Shown here: piece by piece, positions 22,989-35,700 of the stretch
How positions within the stretch are numbered: position 1 is the first letter of the stretch
Layout of the letters: every line of letters starts with the position of its first letter
Notes under the pieces: generated by a model
What the model saw: only the letters and a program-made list of their open reading frames with translations
Database searches by the model: none
Told to the model about the DNA's origin: nothing
Assembly (NCBI GenBank): GCA_905178155.1
Contig: CAJINV010000028.1
Location: forward strand, 41,761-105,760
Origin: Amoebophrya sp. A120
Lineage: Eukaryota > Protista > Dinoflagellata
Direction: 5' to 3'
DNA: 64,000 nt
Program-made: the position numbers and the translations under genes

Positions 22989-24094
22989 CACCGCTCTCAG
23001 GAGAAGCACCTATTCGTCCAGCGCTGTCTCCCGTTCCTTGTACTAGACAAGCCATGATGCAACTACAGCTCTTCGAGTTGCGGGCAGTGGGGTACACTGT
23101 TGCGGCTTCTACCGTTCGAGCCGCGGCCGGGTGCGGTCCGTCTGCTCAGAAGCTTGCCCTTTGTGGTGCGGCTGTCTACTCTGGGACGGTCTGGGAGTTT
23201 CGGGTCATATCGGGCAGACGCCACATTCTTGCCGAACTGTACGTGAAGACTTCATTCTGGTATATAGTCTGGAAGTTAGAATGGTCTTTCTACAACATGT
23301 GCGGGAAACAGGCCTTTGTTCTCTGTGGGCGTGGTCACGTAGATTTCAATCTTCAATGTGCGAAAAACGTCACTGACGAAAAAAAATCGAGAAACAACGA
23401 AAGTGCAGCAGCAGTTGTTTATGCACCAGAAGCTACAGCTTTGTGGCTGTATCCCATACTACGGAAGGACTTTTGATCTTCCCCCAGACCTCTCTTCGCC
23501 TCTCGCCTCCAGAAGCGTCGCCTTCTCTCTGTGTAGATAAACACTCGATGAGGACATCTCCATCGCTCACAGGTCCTGCCTTTTACCAGCTGGAAAGAAA
23601 GGTGGAACGACAAATGACGCGTCGTGCTATCAAGAAGTACTATGAGCGTGGACTCTGCTCCACACGAACACGTGGAAATACTGAAGAAGTCGCTCTATTT
23701 CAAGAAGAAGAACAAGAGGAAAGTCGTGCTTTCAGTTTCTTACACGTCCTTCTTTCAACATCAAAGTTTCCGTCTGTGCTTAAATTTAGTGCACCCGTCA
23801 GCCGAGTAATGAAGAGGAGTAGGAACATTCCTCGTCCTACCAAGACAAGACGATTTTGCATGAGGTAATTCCATTCAAGATTGAATGATGCTGCTACTCG
23901 CGCCGGACAGAGTGAGAGTGTGTGTCTTTTGTGTATTCTTTGCCATCATGAATAGGATACTTAGCACGCTCGCAAATTTGAAGTTTGATTATGGTCAAAC
24001 AAGGTTGTCATAGAGTTAGCATTCTCGCAGACGCAGGATGAGCAGGTCCAGGTCACCAATAAGCTGGTGAAACTATAAGTTGGACTAGGATAGC

Positions 24095-24206
24095 TCACTT
24101 CTTCTGCGCCATCGCTGCGCTTTGGTTTTCCAGTTCAGTCACTTCCAGGGTAGCTTGTGACTTCAACTTCTTAGTCGTAAACTGAGGAAAGCCGCTGCTG
24201 AGGTAC
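24095..24206 (-). other. Tandem duplicate of the UBX terminal exon
   Basis: YLSSGFPQFTTKKLKSQATLEVTELENQSAAMAQKK* compared with LSSGFPKFTIEKSEATLETTKLQNQSAVMVQRE* (24321-24423). Confidence 0.8.
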
Positions 24207-24320
24207 ATCTCGCTGTCTAGGATTGAAAGCTGTTGGGCACCAGGTTGTAGCTATTCTCCGAGAATGAGTAGCTCATCACGACTGAGCTGACGACACCAGA
24301 ACAAGCAGCAGAAGGCTAGC

Positions 24321-27300
24321 TTACTCCCTCTGCACCATCACTGCGCTTTGATTTTGCAGTTTGGTCGTTTCCAGGGTAGCTTCAGACTTCTCGATCGTGA
24401 ACTTAGGAAAGCCGCTGCTGAGGTATGAACTGCAAAAGTATCGTACTCGTAGCAATTGCTGTTATGCATGACAAATCTCTTTCCTAAGGTAAAACAGCAT
24501 TACAAATTTCATTTGTAATGCTGCGCTAATTTGTAATGCGAATCATACTACCTAGTACGATACTTTTGCATTGCATATGAGGGTGTAGTTGTCGATGATT
24601 TCCGTTTCTCCGGTATCAAGCAACTCTCCGTCCACGAAGTCGTACAGGTGACGCACCTTGTGCCGGGACTTTGAGAATACGTATTTCACTGGCCTCCCGT
24701 CTGGCGGGAGCTTGAAGACAAGTCTCAGCTCGTTCATCTCCGGGTCGCCGTCATCTTCCGTGGCGGTTACTTCTCGACTGATTTGCTCCAATATCAACTG
24801 CAAATATGTCTGGGTCTGGAAGATTGTCATGCATCTTTTGGATCACCATCGCACCGAAGCGGAAGCTCTGAAGAGCGCCAATGCGCATCACAGATTATGC
24901 AAGAGCTTCGGAATCATCCCTATCGCACATGAGTAGAAATGCGTTTTTTACAAATCAAGAAAAGGAGGAGTTTTCGTGTTCCCGCAACATAGATTTTCTG
25001 TACGATCCAGTCTTAGCATGACAAGTTCCGGACCCAGACATATTTGCAATGCATAGCCAACTCGGCGACGCGATTTTTCACGCCCTTGCGCAGTTCCTCC
25101 TCCGCCGCAAGTCTCCGCTCTTCCTCCTCTGCAACAGCTTTTTGTCGGGCAGCGGCTTCTCTGTCGCGCTTCTGGTCCGCCCGTAGTGATTCCTCGTACT
25201 CCGCGTTCTGTTGCTGGATTATGTCCCCGCTGGTTTGTTCCGCCACGGGCAGCACGTCATGTGCGTCGGGAGCACCCTGCAACCCTTCCTCGTCGCCCGA
25301 CTCACTAACCAAATCAATCACCTCGACCTCTCCAACGACTTCCGGCGAAGAAGATTCCGCGTCGGCCTGCCCTTGTCTTTTGCCGCCGCCACTTCCGGCC
25401 CTCGAACTTCGTTTGCCCACCTGGCCACGACCCGCGCTCGGACTTTCTTCGCCCATCCCATTTCGGCCGTTCTCGACGAGTGCGCGGTCCTGTCGTGGTA
25501 CCAGCTGCGGTGGCGGCTCGAGTTCATGGAGGTCCTCCGGCTGCTGGTGTTTTGCTTCTTCGCCCTGACCCGCTGCGAGCTGTGCACAAGCCGGACCCCC
25601 TGAGGCGGCGGCCTCTTGCTTTTCGACTGTTCCTGCGGCGAACGCCTGGGATGAAGCACGCGCCAGCCCCGATGCGATTTCCGCGAAGACCTCGGGAGCG
25701 GACTGGTGGAAACCCAAGTCGACGGCGGCGGCCAAAAACATCACGAGAAACTCGGCGTCGTACTTCTCGCAGTGGCGTCGCACGGGCTCAACAAGCACTG
25801 CCATTAGCTGCGTCGCGCTCGCTAAAGTCGTCCTCTCGTCGAAGGGGTCGCCTCTCTCTTGGCCGAGTGCGGCCCGCACAGCGCCCGCTACGCCCCGCGC
25901 GGTCAGCACAAGAGACACATGGTCGACATCTGTCAGGGCCCGCGGCGAGGAAATAACGGCGGACATCCGCTTCCTGGTGCAATCCATCACCCCCCGCAGG
26001 AGCCGCGACCCTGTCCTTGGACTGGTGCGAGCCGACAAGCAACCAGACGCGGACGCGGTCGAAAAATGCTCCCACCATTTGTTCATCAGGAAAATGCTGC
26101 TGAAGAGTGGCTGCGTCTCGTATTTTCCATCGCGAAGGATCTGGCACAAAGCCTCGGCGGAGTGCTCGCAAGCAATTGCATCCAGTGCTTTCGCCTGGTG
26201 GCGTAATGAGTCGGCGGCACTGTAGTCGTTGGACTTGGATCCCGAGCCCAACTCGGCATCGGCAGCGGCACCAGGTACAGGAGAGGGCTCGTCGGGCTGG
26301 TGTCTTCGGGCTGGAGAGACGGCTGGAGACCGGGCGGAGGAATCGGACGGGGAGCTGGCGGAGGAACCGGACAGGGGAGGTTTCTTCTCCGTCGCATTGT
26401 AGTGGGCACCATTGTAGGTCAAAGTAATGGCTTATGGGGGCCTCAAAGTGGAAATCTCAAATAAAATCAAAAAAAACACATAGTTGGGACCGATGCGTAA
26501 GCCCATGCTGTCTTCATCGAGTAGCTATCTTCGCACTCCTTGGTCTAAAGCGGAGCGGTGTGGTCATCTTAGACTCACCTGAAGTCATCAAACGAGCGCT
26601 AGTCAGCTAGCAGAAAACCAGACAAAACCATGGCGATGCCTCAGCCTTGCCTCTTCTTTTTTGGAAAAGCTGGAGCCTTCCACTTTGAGGCCCGCATACC
26701 TTTTTGGTGGGAACGAACTGGACGAACATCGGGGCCTCCTGATAATCGTCGTCGTATGTGGTCAGCACCTTGATGGACGCCGAGTGCTCCGCACCACACG
26801 CCGAGAGGAACATATAGTCCACCTTTTCTCTATCCGCAGCCATCTTCGCGATATATCGGCCCCACTCGCTGTCATCCTTGATCCCCCCGAACATGTTGCG
26901 CTCGTATTCCTCCCGATGTCTTTCATATCGTACGAAAAAAATGCTTCACTGTAACGGTCTTGCAACTCGTTGCACCACAGGCGCAAGCCTTCCCAACATC
27001 ATAAAGGAAGTTCGTCGGGCGAGATTCCGAAAGGGCGACACAGCTGAAGCAAGCGCCTCTGCCTTCCTTGCATGTGCAAAAATGCAAGCCCTTCAGCTCT
27101 ACAATACATTTCCCGCGGCAGGGGCAGGGATTCCGCGCCACAAGTTTACAGCGAAGCAGTACCTTCCTGCGATATCTGCAGGTGCTGGATGGTGCGCGCG
27201 CGGACGTCCGGATGCCGGCTCTCGTCGCCATGCACTGCAGCGGCGATGGCCCGCGGGCCGCAATTTCCGTCGTCGCCCACCACAACGACGCGAAGGCCCC

Positions 27301-28018
27301 CGGCCTGCAGCTTTGCCTCGAGACGCCGCGCGCCCTTCATACGCTCCTGGTGCTCCATTTGCGAAAGCTCCTGCGCGCGCTTCAGCTGCGCCTCGGTATC
27401 ACGTTCCCCCTGTGCGCGTCGTTCGTTGTCGTTTTCGTTATCAGACGCAACAGAACATGTTTAGGTCGGGAAGAGTTCGGAAGTTTTTTGTTTTTGCATG
27501 AAGACCTAGAAGCTGCCTTCTACTTGGCATGCAAGCAATAGCATCACAGATTTGCAGAAATTGAAATTTTCCCGATGCCTATCTTGCATGAGAAGTTCCG
27601 TACTGTGGTGAACAGAAGTTACCACACGACACCTGCTTCTGCTGTCCATGCATGACAGATTTTCGTCTAATCCAAAATGCGCATCACAAGTTCCATCCCT
27701 CCAGACCCAGATCGATATTTGCACTTGATACTCATACGTCTTTCGCGACTCCTCCATCGCGCGCTGCAGCTGGCTCGCCTCAGAGGTGTCATCTTCTGCT
27801 CCCCGCTCCGGCTTGCTGGGCTCTTGCCGACCACGACCCTGAGTGCTGGGTTTACCTTTGCCAGAGGAACTGGAACTGGTGGAGGGATTAGAGGACGGGA
27901 CCGATCTTGGCTGGTGTGCCGCAATAGCGTTCGACGAAGCGGCAGCGGACGAGGACGCCGCACTAGCTCCAGGAGGTACTACATCATCAATGCGCCGCAG
28001 TTTCGCCGCAGGTGACAT
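24321..28018 (-). CDS. Multi-exon UIM-OTU deubiquitinase-UBX protein
   Basis: UIM-like SQLQRAMEES; OTU Cys box VGDDGNCGPRAIA; OTU middle WGRYIAKMA...FLSACG; His box YNGAHYNA; QQQNAEYEESLRADQKR coil; UBX LRLVFKLPPDG...LYDFV...GFPK. Introns at about 24424-24577, 24792-25055, 26433-26698, 26926-27174 and 27439-27730. Confidence 0.8.
24424..24577. mobile_element. Introner-like intron, TGCAAAAGTATCG family
   Basis: TIR TGCAAAAGTATCGTACT / AGTACGATACTTTTGCA; perfect 5-bp flanking repeat TGAGG. Confidence 0.9.
24792..25055. mobile_element. Introner-like intron, GTCTGGGTCTGGA family
   Basis: TIR TGCAAATATGTCTGGGTC / GACCCAGACATATTTGCA; flanks TCCAA/GCCAA. Confidence 0.9.
26433..26698. mobile_element. 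Introner-like intron within the OTU domain
   Basis: TIR GGGCCTCAAAGTGGAA / TTCCACTTTGAGGCCC, with TAT...ATA ends. Confidence 0.8.
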
Positions 28019-29152
28019 TCTTGCTCCGTCTATCCGGTGAAAAAGCGTGCCGACCCCGACGTCAACATCCTGCAAACCCAAATCTGCATCCCTAAAGCAA
28101 AAATGTTTCTCATCGTGCACCACACGAGCAAGGATAAGGAAAACGTTTATTTCTGCTAGTGATGGCTCCGAATCTGTCATGCACATGCTGGAAGCAAGAT
28201 AAGAAGATTTCATCGACTGGTGATGCGGAAGCACTAGCTCTGGGTCCAGACGATTACACTGGGCAGTGCAGACGAAATAAATTGTGTGTCACGCCCAACT
28301 ACCAAAAATTCCTCATTTGACTTTGGGATTGGGACGCTTTTACCATGCGAAATACTTTCTGGCACCTCCTCGTCACCGCTCGCTCGGTGTCGGTCCATTT
28401 TTCGGGCAAGCCCTCTTGCGTACTAGCCAAGTGGTCAAATATAATACGGCTTGTTTGCAATGAAACAGAGTGAAGTAGTAGTAAAAGTTTGAAGCTCTAA
28501 CGATTCCGTTTCTTCGAAATACTACTTCTTACGAGTATGCACCTAAAGCATACTACGGGAGTATGTACATCCGGATAAGTAAGGAATTCCGAACAAGAGA
28601 ATACTCGAAAACGGAAACGGATACACATGCGCTGAATGAATCAATAAGTGTCATCACTGTGCTAGATGCTCAACCGCCTTAAAACCCGGCTCGTCAACAT
28701 GCATCATTTCTGATAGTTCTGCACTGAGCTACTTCTTCAAAACGAAAACCTGGGGACCCGAACGAAAATTGACCGCTCTGAAGGACAATCTACTTCAGGA
28801 AAAGGAATGAATCTATCAATACAATAAATGGGATCTCTCATCGATGTCACAAAACAAGGATGAAGAGCCGCGCTGTCAGTGATCTGTTTCTTGCGCACAA
28901 GGATCTTCAATGTCATCTTCCTAGCTTGCGTATGTGGATGTAGCCTCCAGAGCTTTTACTTACTACAGCTGTTGAAAATGCTCTTCAGTGCTAAGATGCT
29001 GGACCCAAAAGGACGGATGGAGAACACGAGACGCGAGCAATTGCTTCCTTTACATCTAGATCCGCCTGTCGTGCACATGTTGATCAGCGAATCATCCCCG
29101 AGATCGACAAGAAAAAAGGCCAACGCATCTCCTCGAGTCCAACTGAGTTATG

Positions 29153-29933
29153 TCACAGCTTCTTGCTTTTCTTTTTTTGGGAGCTCTCCCGCTCGATCGC
29201 ATCATAATAATCATCCACCAGGTCCAGACCCAAATCATACTTCGGGGGCCCCTTCTTCTTCTCCTCGTCTTTTTGCTTTTTGTCCTTCTTGTCGTTCCGT
29301 TTCCGGGCCACGGGTTGAGCCTGTTTTTGTATTTTCGGCTCCTTCTTGTTATTCTTCATCTTCTCTTTGTGTTTTTTGTCTTTCTTGTCGTTGGATTTCA
29401 AGACCACGTCCACGGCTTGAGCCTGTTTTTGTTTGATGGAGGGAATTTGGGTCGGAGATTCAAAATCACGAAAGGCAAGAAACAGAAAGCATTAGGACAC
29501 CATAGCCGCACAAAAGCATGAGTGAGAAGAAGGCCAGTGGTTGTGGTAAGTAGCTGGCGCAGAAGTCACGAACCTGCGAGACAAAGAAGGAAAAAAAAAA
29601 CCAAGCGGGGAGCACCTTGCTAGCCGAAGCACGCGCGCCGGGCTGGGTCTTGCCGCCTTTTTTTGTTTCCGCGGCGGATGCTTTCCGCAGAAGCTTGGCA
29701 GCTCCGCCAGGCGCGGCAGCAAGCACGGCCGCGGAGTTGCTCCGGGGCGCCCCCTTCGCAAACTCCGCGAGCCCCGCGGCCCGCTGGCGAACTTCGCGCC
29801 CCTCCTTCGTGCGAAAGTCCAGCGCGGCCGGTCCCGGGGCGGGCCGACGGGTCGCCGGAACGAAGACGGGCGGCGGCAAGCGGGACCGCTTCGGCTTGAT
29901 TTTCCAGTTTTGAGCCCCGTGCGTTGATGACAT
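29153..29933 (-). CDS. Hypothetical K/A-rich protein exons
   Basis: ORF 29466..29933 starts with ATG; ORF 29153..29413 is a Lys-rich duplicated segment. Confidence 0.4.
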
Positions 29934-32718
29934 GGCCGTCCTTACCTAGAAGCTAGAAAAGTAATATGCGATTGGATTTGGAAATATGATGTCTGGGTGT
30001 GAAATAAACACGTAGAGGACTTCTGATGCGTGCTGTGTGTATCACAAAAATCTGCGTTCTTGCGTAATTTGGGATCAAAGTTGCGGATTTATTTGAGTCA
30101 TGTTGCGATGACTTCTTTCGTGCGAGCAGAGGGCGTTGAGAAGGACGCCAATAATATATCATACAATAGTTTGCAATCTACTTACTTCCAAACCAAGAGC
30201 CAGACAGACACATAAGCATAACCATATTTATTTTTCACCGTGGATATACAAATGCAACGTGAGGGATTTTTTATCGAAGCGACCAAAAGAACTACAAACT
30301 ACAGATCGTGCGAGGGACAGAGCCTAAACTCATCTGATCTTCTTGATCATATTTTTATGGAACGACCTCCACGAGATGAGAAAAAATCTGTCTAACTGTT
30401 GAAAATACAGAGCTGGTTTTGAGCTCCTCGGGATCTACTTCGCTGCTGTCGAAACACGAGCAAATAAAGTGCTGGCGTCACTGAAATGAGAAAGTTGAAC
30501 GGGCTCGACAACCAAATAGATCTTGATCATCCGTGATCGCTTTCTTTTCCTCACTTTTGCGATGGTGACTGACAAGAGCCACTTCTGAACTCCTGTCCAA
30601 GATCTATCTTTCATTTTCTGACTGCCAGAACAGCTGCTCGTGGACCATAAACATAAACGCCGGGGAAAATAACGGTGGCTTGGTTTAATGCTATCGTGAT
30701 CTGTTCGTTCACATTTTTTCATGGAACTCGGACATAAGCTCACGAAGCGTTTCTTCACTTCACCACTTGGATTTTACAAAATCAAAACCAACGCGATCTT
30801 CACAGCCAGTTCCTGTCCAAGAAATACATCGGCAAGTGGGAGCTCACACCGACAAGTGCGGAGTATTTGAGTCGCATCACCTATAACAGGCTCAGCACGC
30901 ATCCGCAAAGGACCTACCGGAACCTGAACTAACTAGTTTAGAATGCATAAGTAGCTACTTAAAGTTTAACTATTTAGGCGCTTTAGCAACCTAAAAAAAT
31001 TTTTTCAAAATTCGTTGAATTCGACATCTGAGCCTGTTATATCACCGAAGAAGGATAATCTTCAACCAAACGAACAGACCCGCACGCTTGCACGATAAAG
31101 ACCAGGAGACCACATGATTTTTTCATGATGATTTTTTTGCGTTTTTTCTTCGTTTTCGACATTATGAAGTGTTGGAGCAAGCGAGAGCATTCGGAGCGGT
31201 TCGAATCTTTTGCGTCGCCTACCGCGAGCTACTTTGAGCGCGACAACTCCAACAACATTCTGATTCTGTTCCTGGTGGTTTGAACCCCAATTTTTGTTTT
31301 TCACAAACAGCATCGCGCTTTCAACCTGAAAAGTATCACAAATTCCAAAAAAGCCAAGCGTTAGTGCAAGCAGCAAATTATATAATTCTATATTTTGTTT
31401 TTCGGCAAACCTCAGTATTATATTTCTTATATCTAGCATACGTGTTACCAAAATTATTGATCTTCTAGCCAGTATTCTTCGGTACCCGCGTAGGTGGTCG
31501 ACTACGAAACTTCTAAAAGAACTCGCAGTCACTGTTGAACAACTGCAAACAATCCTACTTGATGAAAATCATTTGATTCGGAGTAGCTGCTACTGCAAAA
31601 TCATGTTCACCATCTTCCGCTACTTGTAGTATTCTTCTGAATCAAAAAATCTCGTAAAATTTCTTTGTTGTTTGTTCTGGTGGATTCGTGGCGATCCGCA
31701 CGTATGAAGGGCAACCCTCCTCGTCTTCTACTCACGATTCTAGTGCGATTTGAAGAAAAAATAAAGCAATTCCTTGGGTTCTTTAGCGTACTAACTTGAT
31801 GGCTTAATCTGCCAAAAAAAAGAGCACAGAAGATTGATCGACTTCGGCCTAGTCAGTGAATCCTGGCGATAAAATTATTTACTGAAGGCCCACCTCAGCT
31901 TTTTCTTTTTGTAGAAGTAGTTATTCTTATCTCTTATAGAGCGGGATTGATTAGAAATCCCTTTGTTTGTAGAGAAAGCTTCTGTGGATCATTACTCGTG
32001 GCGATTTCGATCGCCCGGGTCGACGTGAATGAAAAAGGTAGTCCCGAAACTTCAAGAAAAACGAAAAGCTGGTACTACTTGAAGAAAAACGACAAGGTGG
32101 CTAGGCATTCATATTAGGCTTCTTTGGCTTAATATGCTCCCTTTGTCAAAAATCAAAGAAAAGTCTGGTGAGTTAGAAGCTCAATTTCAATTATGTTGCA
32201 ACAGCCTCGCGATCCGTCCATTTGCACTTCTGATGGCGCATCATGTGGATACCGATTGGCATATTATAACCACACTTTTGAGTTTGATGGCGGGTGCAGG
32301 TGCAGCTGAGCAACCAACAGAAACAGCGAATGCTGGGAACTTTAAAAATAGAAAGCGTTTCGCTTCAACTATCTAATACAAACTCAAGAAGCAGCTCCGG
32401 AGAAAGTTCTATACAGTTTTTCTTGCATAAGGAATTAAGATGATGATAAACGTCGACGTACTCGCCGTCGAATTCGTTCCTATTTCTCGCATTAGTTTGA
32501 TTTTGAATGTGATTTATGTTTGCTAGAAATCTGGGTACCACTTGAACGTTTCAAAAAAAAAAAAAGTATACTGGCAGTGTCTACTTCCTTACACAGAGAT
32601 AAGCGAGAAATGCAAAGTTGTAGTGGACCAGAAAAACACAACTAGGCTGATTCTATTTCTAAAAAAACCGAGAAAAAAAAGTGTTTCCCTATGGTTCTAC
32701 TTATCACAGTCGCCGTAT

Positions 32719-35700
32719 TTACTTTGCTGGTGCGGCTTGCGATCCCGCGGCAAAGGCAACGGACCCCTGCAGCGCCGACGAAGCTTTTCCACCAAAGGCA
32801 CTGCTCGACCCGGGCTTGACCGCAAAGGCAGACGACCCGCCGCCAAAGGCCCCGGCGTTCGCACTCTTCCCCATCCCGGCAAACGCCTCTGCTTGTTGAC
32901 TTCCGCCACCGGAAAGAGGTGGCCCGAACCCGGAGCTTGCGGCACCTGCTTTGTTCTTACCAGCAGCAGCTGCACTAGTGGCACCGCCGAACGCACTGCT
33001 GCCAGCGGCAAACGCCGTACTACCGCCAGCCGCTTTGCTGCCAACCGCGGCACTCCCGCTACCAAACGCGGTACTACCGCCCCTCGCTTTGCTGGCAACC
33101 GCGGCACTCCCGCTCCCAAACGCCGCACTGCCGCCTTGAAACGCGCTGCTGCTGCCTTGAAACGCGCTACTGCCCCCACCCCCGAAGTTGCGGCTTCCAC
33201 CCGGGGCTGAAGGAGGTGCGGTAGCGCTCGAACTGCCGAAGCTGGCGGAGCTTTTACCTTGAAACGTTGCGCTACTGCTCAAAATGTCTTCGCCCCCACC
33301 ACTTTCCAAAGAGTCGCGACCCTCTCCTGCTAGCGGTTCATACTCATCCTCTTTTTCTTTTTCTTTCGCTTGCTGCAGTTCTTTTTGGTGTTGTCTTCTG
33401 TACTTCTCGAGCTGCTCCTGGTCGGGTCCGTATATGCACCGCTTTATCCGGTGCCGAAGCACGAAGAGCCACGAGAAGACATGAATGGCAAGCAGCACAT
33501 ACAAGCCGCCGTACGTATTCAGCACTGCGTTCACCGGGTTCCAAACCTTCAACTTTTCCAGCGCAATCGGCTCCAGCACGCAATGGCTGAAAATAGGCCC
33601 ACTTGGACTTGCTTCATTTTCATCTTCATCTGTAGAATTTGTTGCGTTTCTTCTCCTGTCTGCGGTCCCCCGGGACGAGAGAAGAGAAAGCGCTTCTCGG
33701 TCCTGCTCTTCCGCGGCTATCGCTTCGGCGAAAGATGACGAACTAAAATTTACTGTACTGGAAGTACTACTATTGTCCGAGGAAGCGGTTTCGTTCGCGC
33801 CGCCAGTTGTAGTTGTATCGCTTGCTGTGCCTCCAGTCGTTATTACAACGCCCGGCTTCATCTCCACGTACACGGAGTTCTCCGACATACCATGCAGACC
33901 GCTCTTATTCACCAAGTCATTCAGGATGTGTTTGTGTATGAAACGCAACATGATCTCGCTGACTTTTTCGTTATTCTGCAAACTATCCATCGCGGTGCCT
34001 CCTGTTCCGGTCAGTTTTACGGTCAATTCGAAAGGATTCTCGTCCGGCTGCTGAACATCGCTGTCGGTCACTGCGATTCGAGGAGCGTTCGGATCAGTCT
34101 CGTTCCCCCCGGTTGACGAATTCTTGTTGTCGATCCTGTTTGATGTCGCTGCAAACGATAAGGACTCGACTTTCTCATGTCCACCAGCACCAGCATCAGC
34201 AATGTATTGTGAGGAAAAATCGCCACTCCCCATATCGAAAACGAAATTTGTGATGCTGCATTTGAGTACACAAATCGACTTGCATTGCTAGAAGGCCAAG
34301 AGCCGCAGCTGTGGCCTCGCTTGCAGGGAATTTGTCATGCTGTTTCCCACTTCCAGCTGCCTCCTGTTATGCTGAAGATGCGAGGCTTTCCCATGCCGCC
34401 AAGCACCACAGTCGGCATCTCTTCCCTTCTAGCTTAACAAAGCTGATTTGTGGCCACAAATCTGCATCACAGGTTCCCGTTTTGATATGGGGAGGGGGGA
34501 TTTTTCTTCTTGATACAACGTCCTCTTTCCTAATCAGCTGCAGCTGTAGTGTGGAGGACGCGTCAGCAGCAGCAGTGGCAGAGGTAGCAGCATGATCCTC
34601 GCCCTCAGTAGTTGTACCAGGATCACTTTCATCCGTGGTCTTTTGTAGTCCTCCCGGAGGATCCGGTGCGTGTTTATTGAGACTAGTTTGAATCGCCCGG
34701 CGGAGCTGCTGATCCAAGCTATCTGTCGTGTCGTTGCCTGCGGTTTCCAAAGACATTCTCGATAGTGACACCACGACCGGGACATGATCAGGTGCTCGTC
34801 CGTCTGTAGAGGTATTCGTGTTCTTGGTGTGCCCCCTTATGATTTCTGGGTCTTCTTGTTCCTCTGCTTCGTAAAAAGACCTACCGTCAGTGTTGCTCCT
34901 AGATGTTCTGCTAGGGTCGTCCTTGTCCTCTCGTCCGTCGAACGTCAAGAAGCTGCTCGCCGTGCTGTCTCCTGCGGACTCTGCAGCACTCTTGTTCACT
35001 TTGTTTGCGTACGCCTTCAACGCGTCCACCTTTTCCTGCTCCTCCGCGTCTTTCAGGGCCTTCAGCTTTGCGTCTTCAGTCGCTTGCAACTCCGCAACGG
35101 CCTCGCTACTCAACACAAGCCGCACCTTCAATTCCGACTGGCCCTTCATTCGCGCGCTGGTTTTTGTTCCCGCCAGCAGCGACTCGTCGGTGGGAAAGAG
35201 GTGGGATAAGTCCACGTGCGTGCTCACTTCCTCCACAGTAGTGACTTCCTCCACATTCCGGTTCTGTTTCAGCCACACTCGGTTCCCGGGAATTTCCTTG
35301 GTTTGTCCGTACTGGGTTTGCGTTGCGATTAACAAAATCTTTGCATCGTCGTAATTGCCGTAGAGACCGGCTGGGTAAGTGGTTATATCGGAGGTGGTCG
35401 CTGCAGTTCTTGCAGAAGTTCTTGCTCTAGTACTACTGCTTCTTCTAGCCGTGTAGTACGCGGCAGAAGTTTCTTGTGCGAGGGACATCGTGGCCGAGGA
35501 CATGTTGGTGGTGCTACCACCTTCGCTCGTGGTTCCATCATCTCCTTCGCCCGTCGTAGTACCCGCTGCCGCATTCGTGGGCGAAAGGACCAATGTTCCG
35601 CCATTTTTGAACGTGACACTGGTAGAGACCTTGGCACACTTGATCGTCGTGTCGATCGAGGACAAAATCTCCTCGTCTGTTGTGTTGCCGCTCCCACCTG

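Noticed and set aside
30400-32500. Short ORFs as a possible transposase for the introners
   Set aside because: No recognisable DDE or other motif; the region is AT-rich and probably intergenic or UTR.
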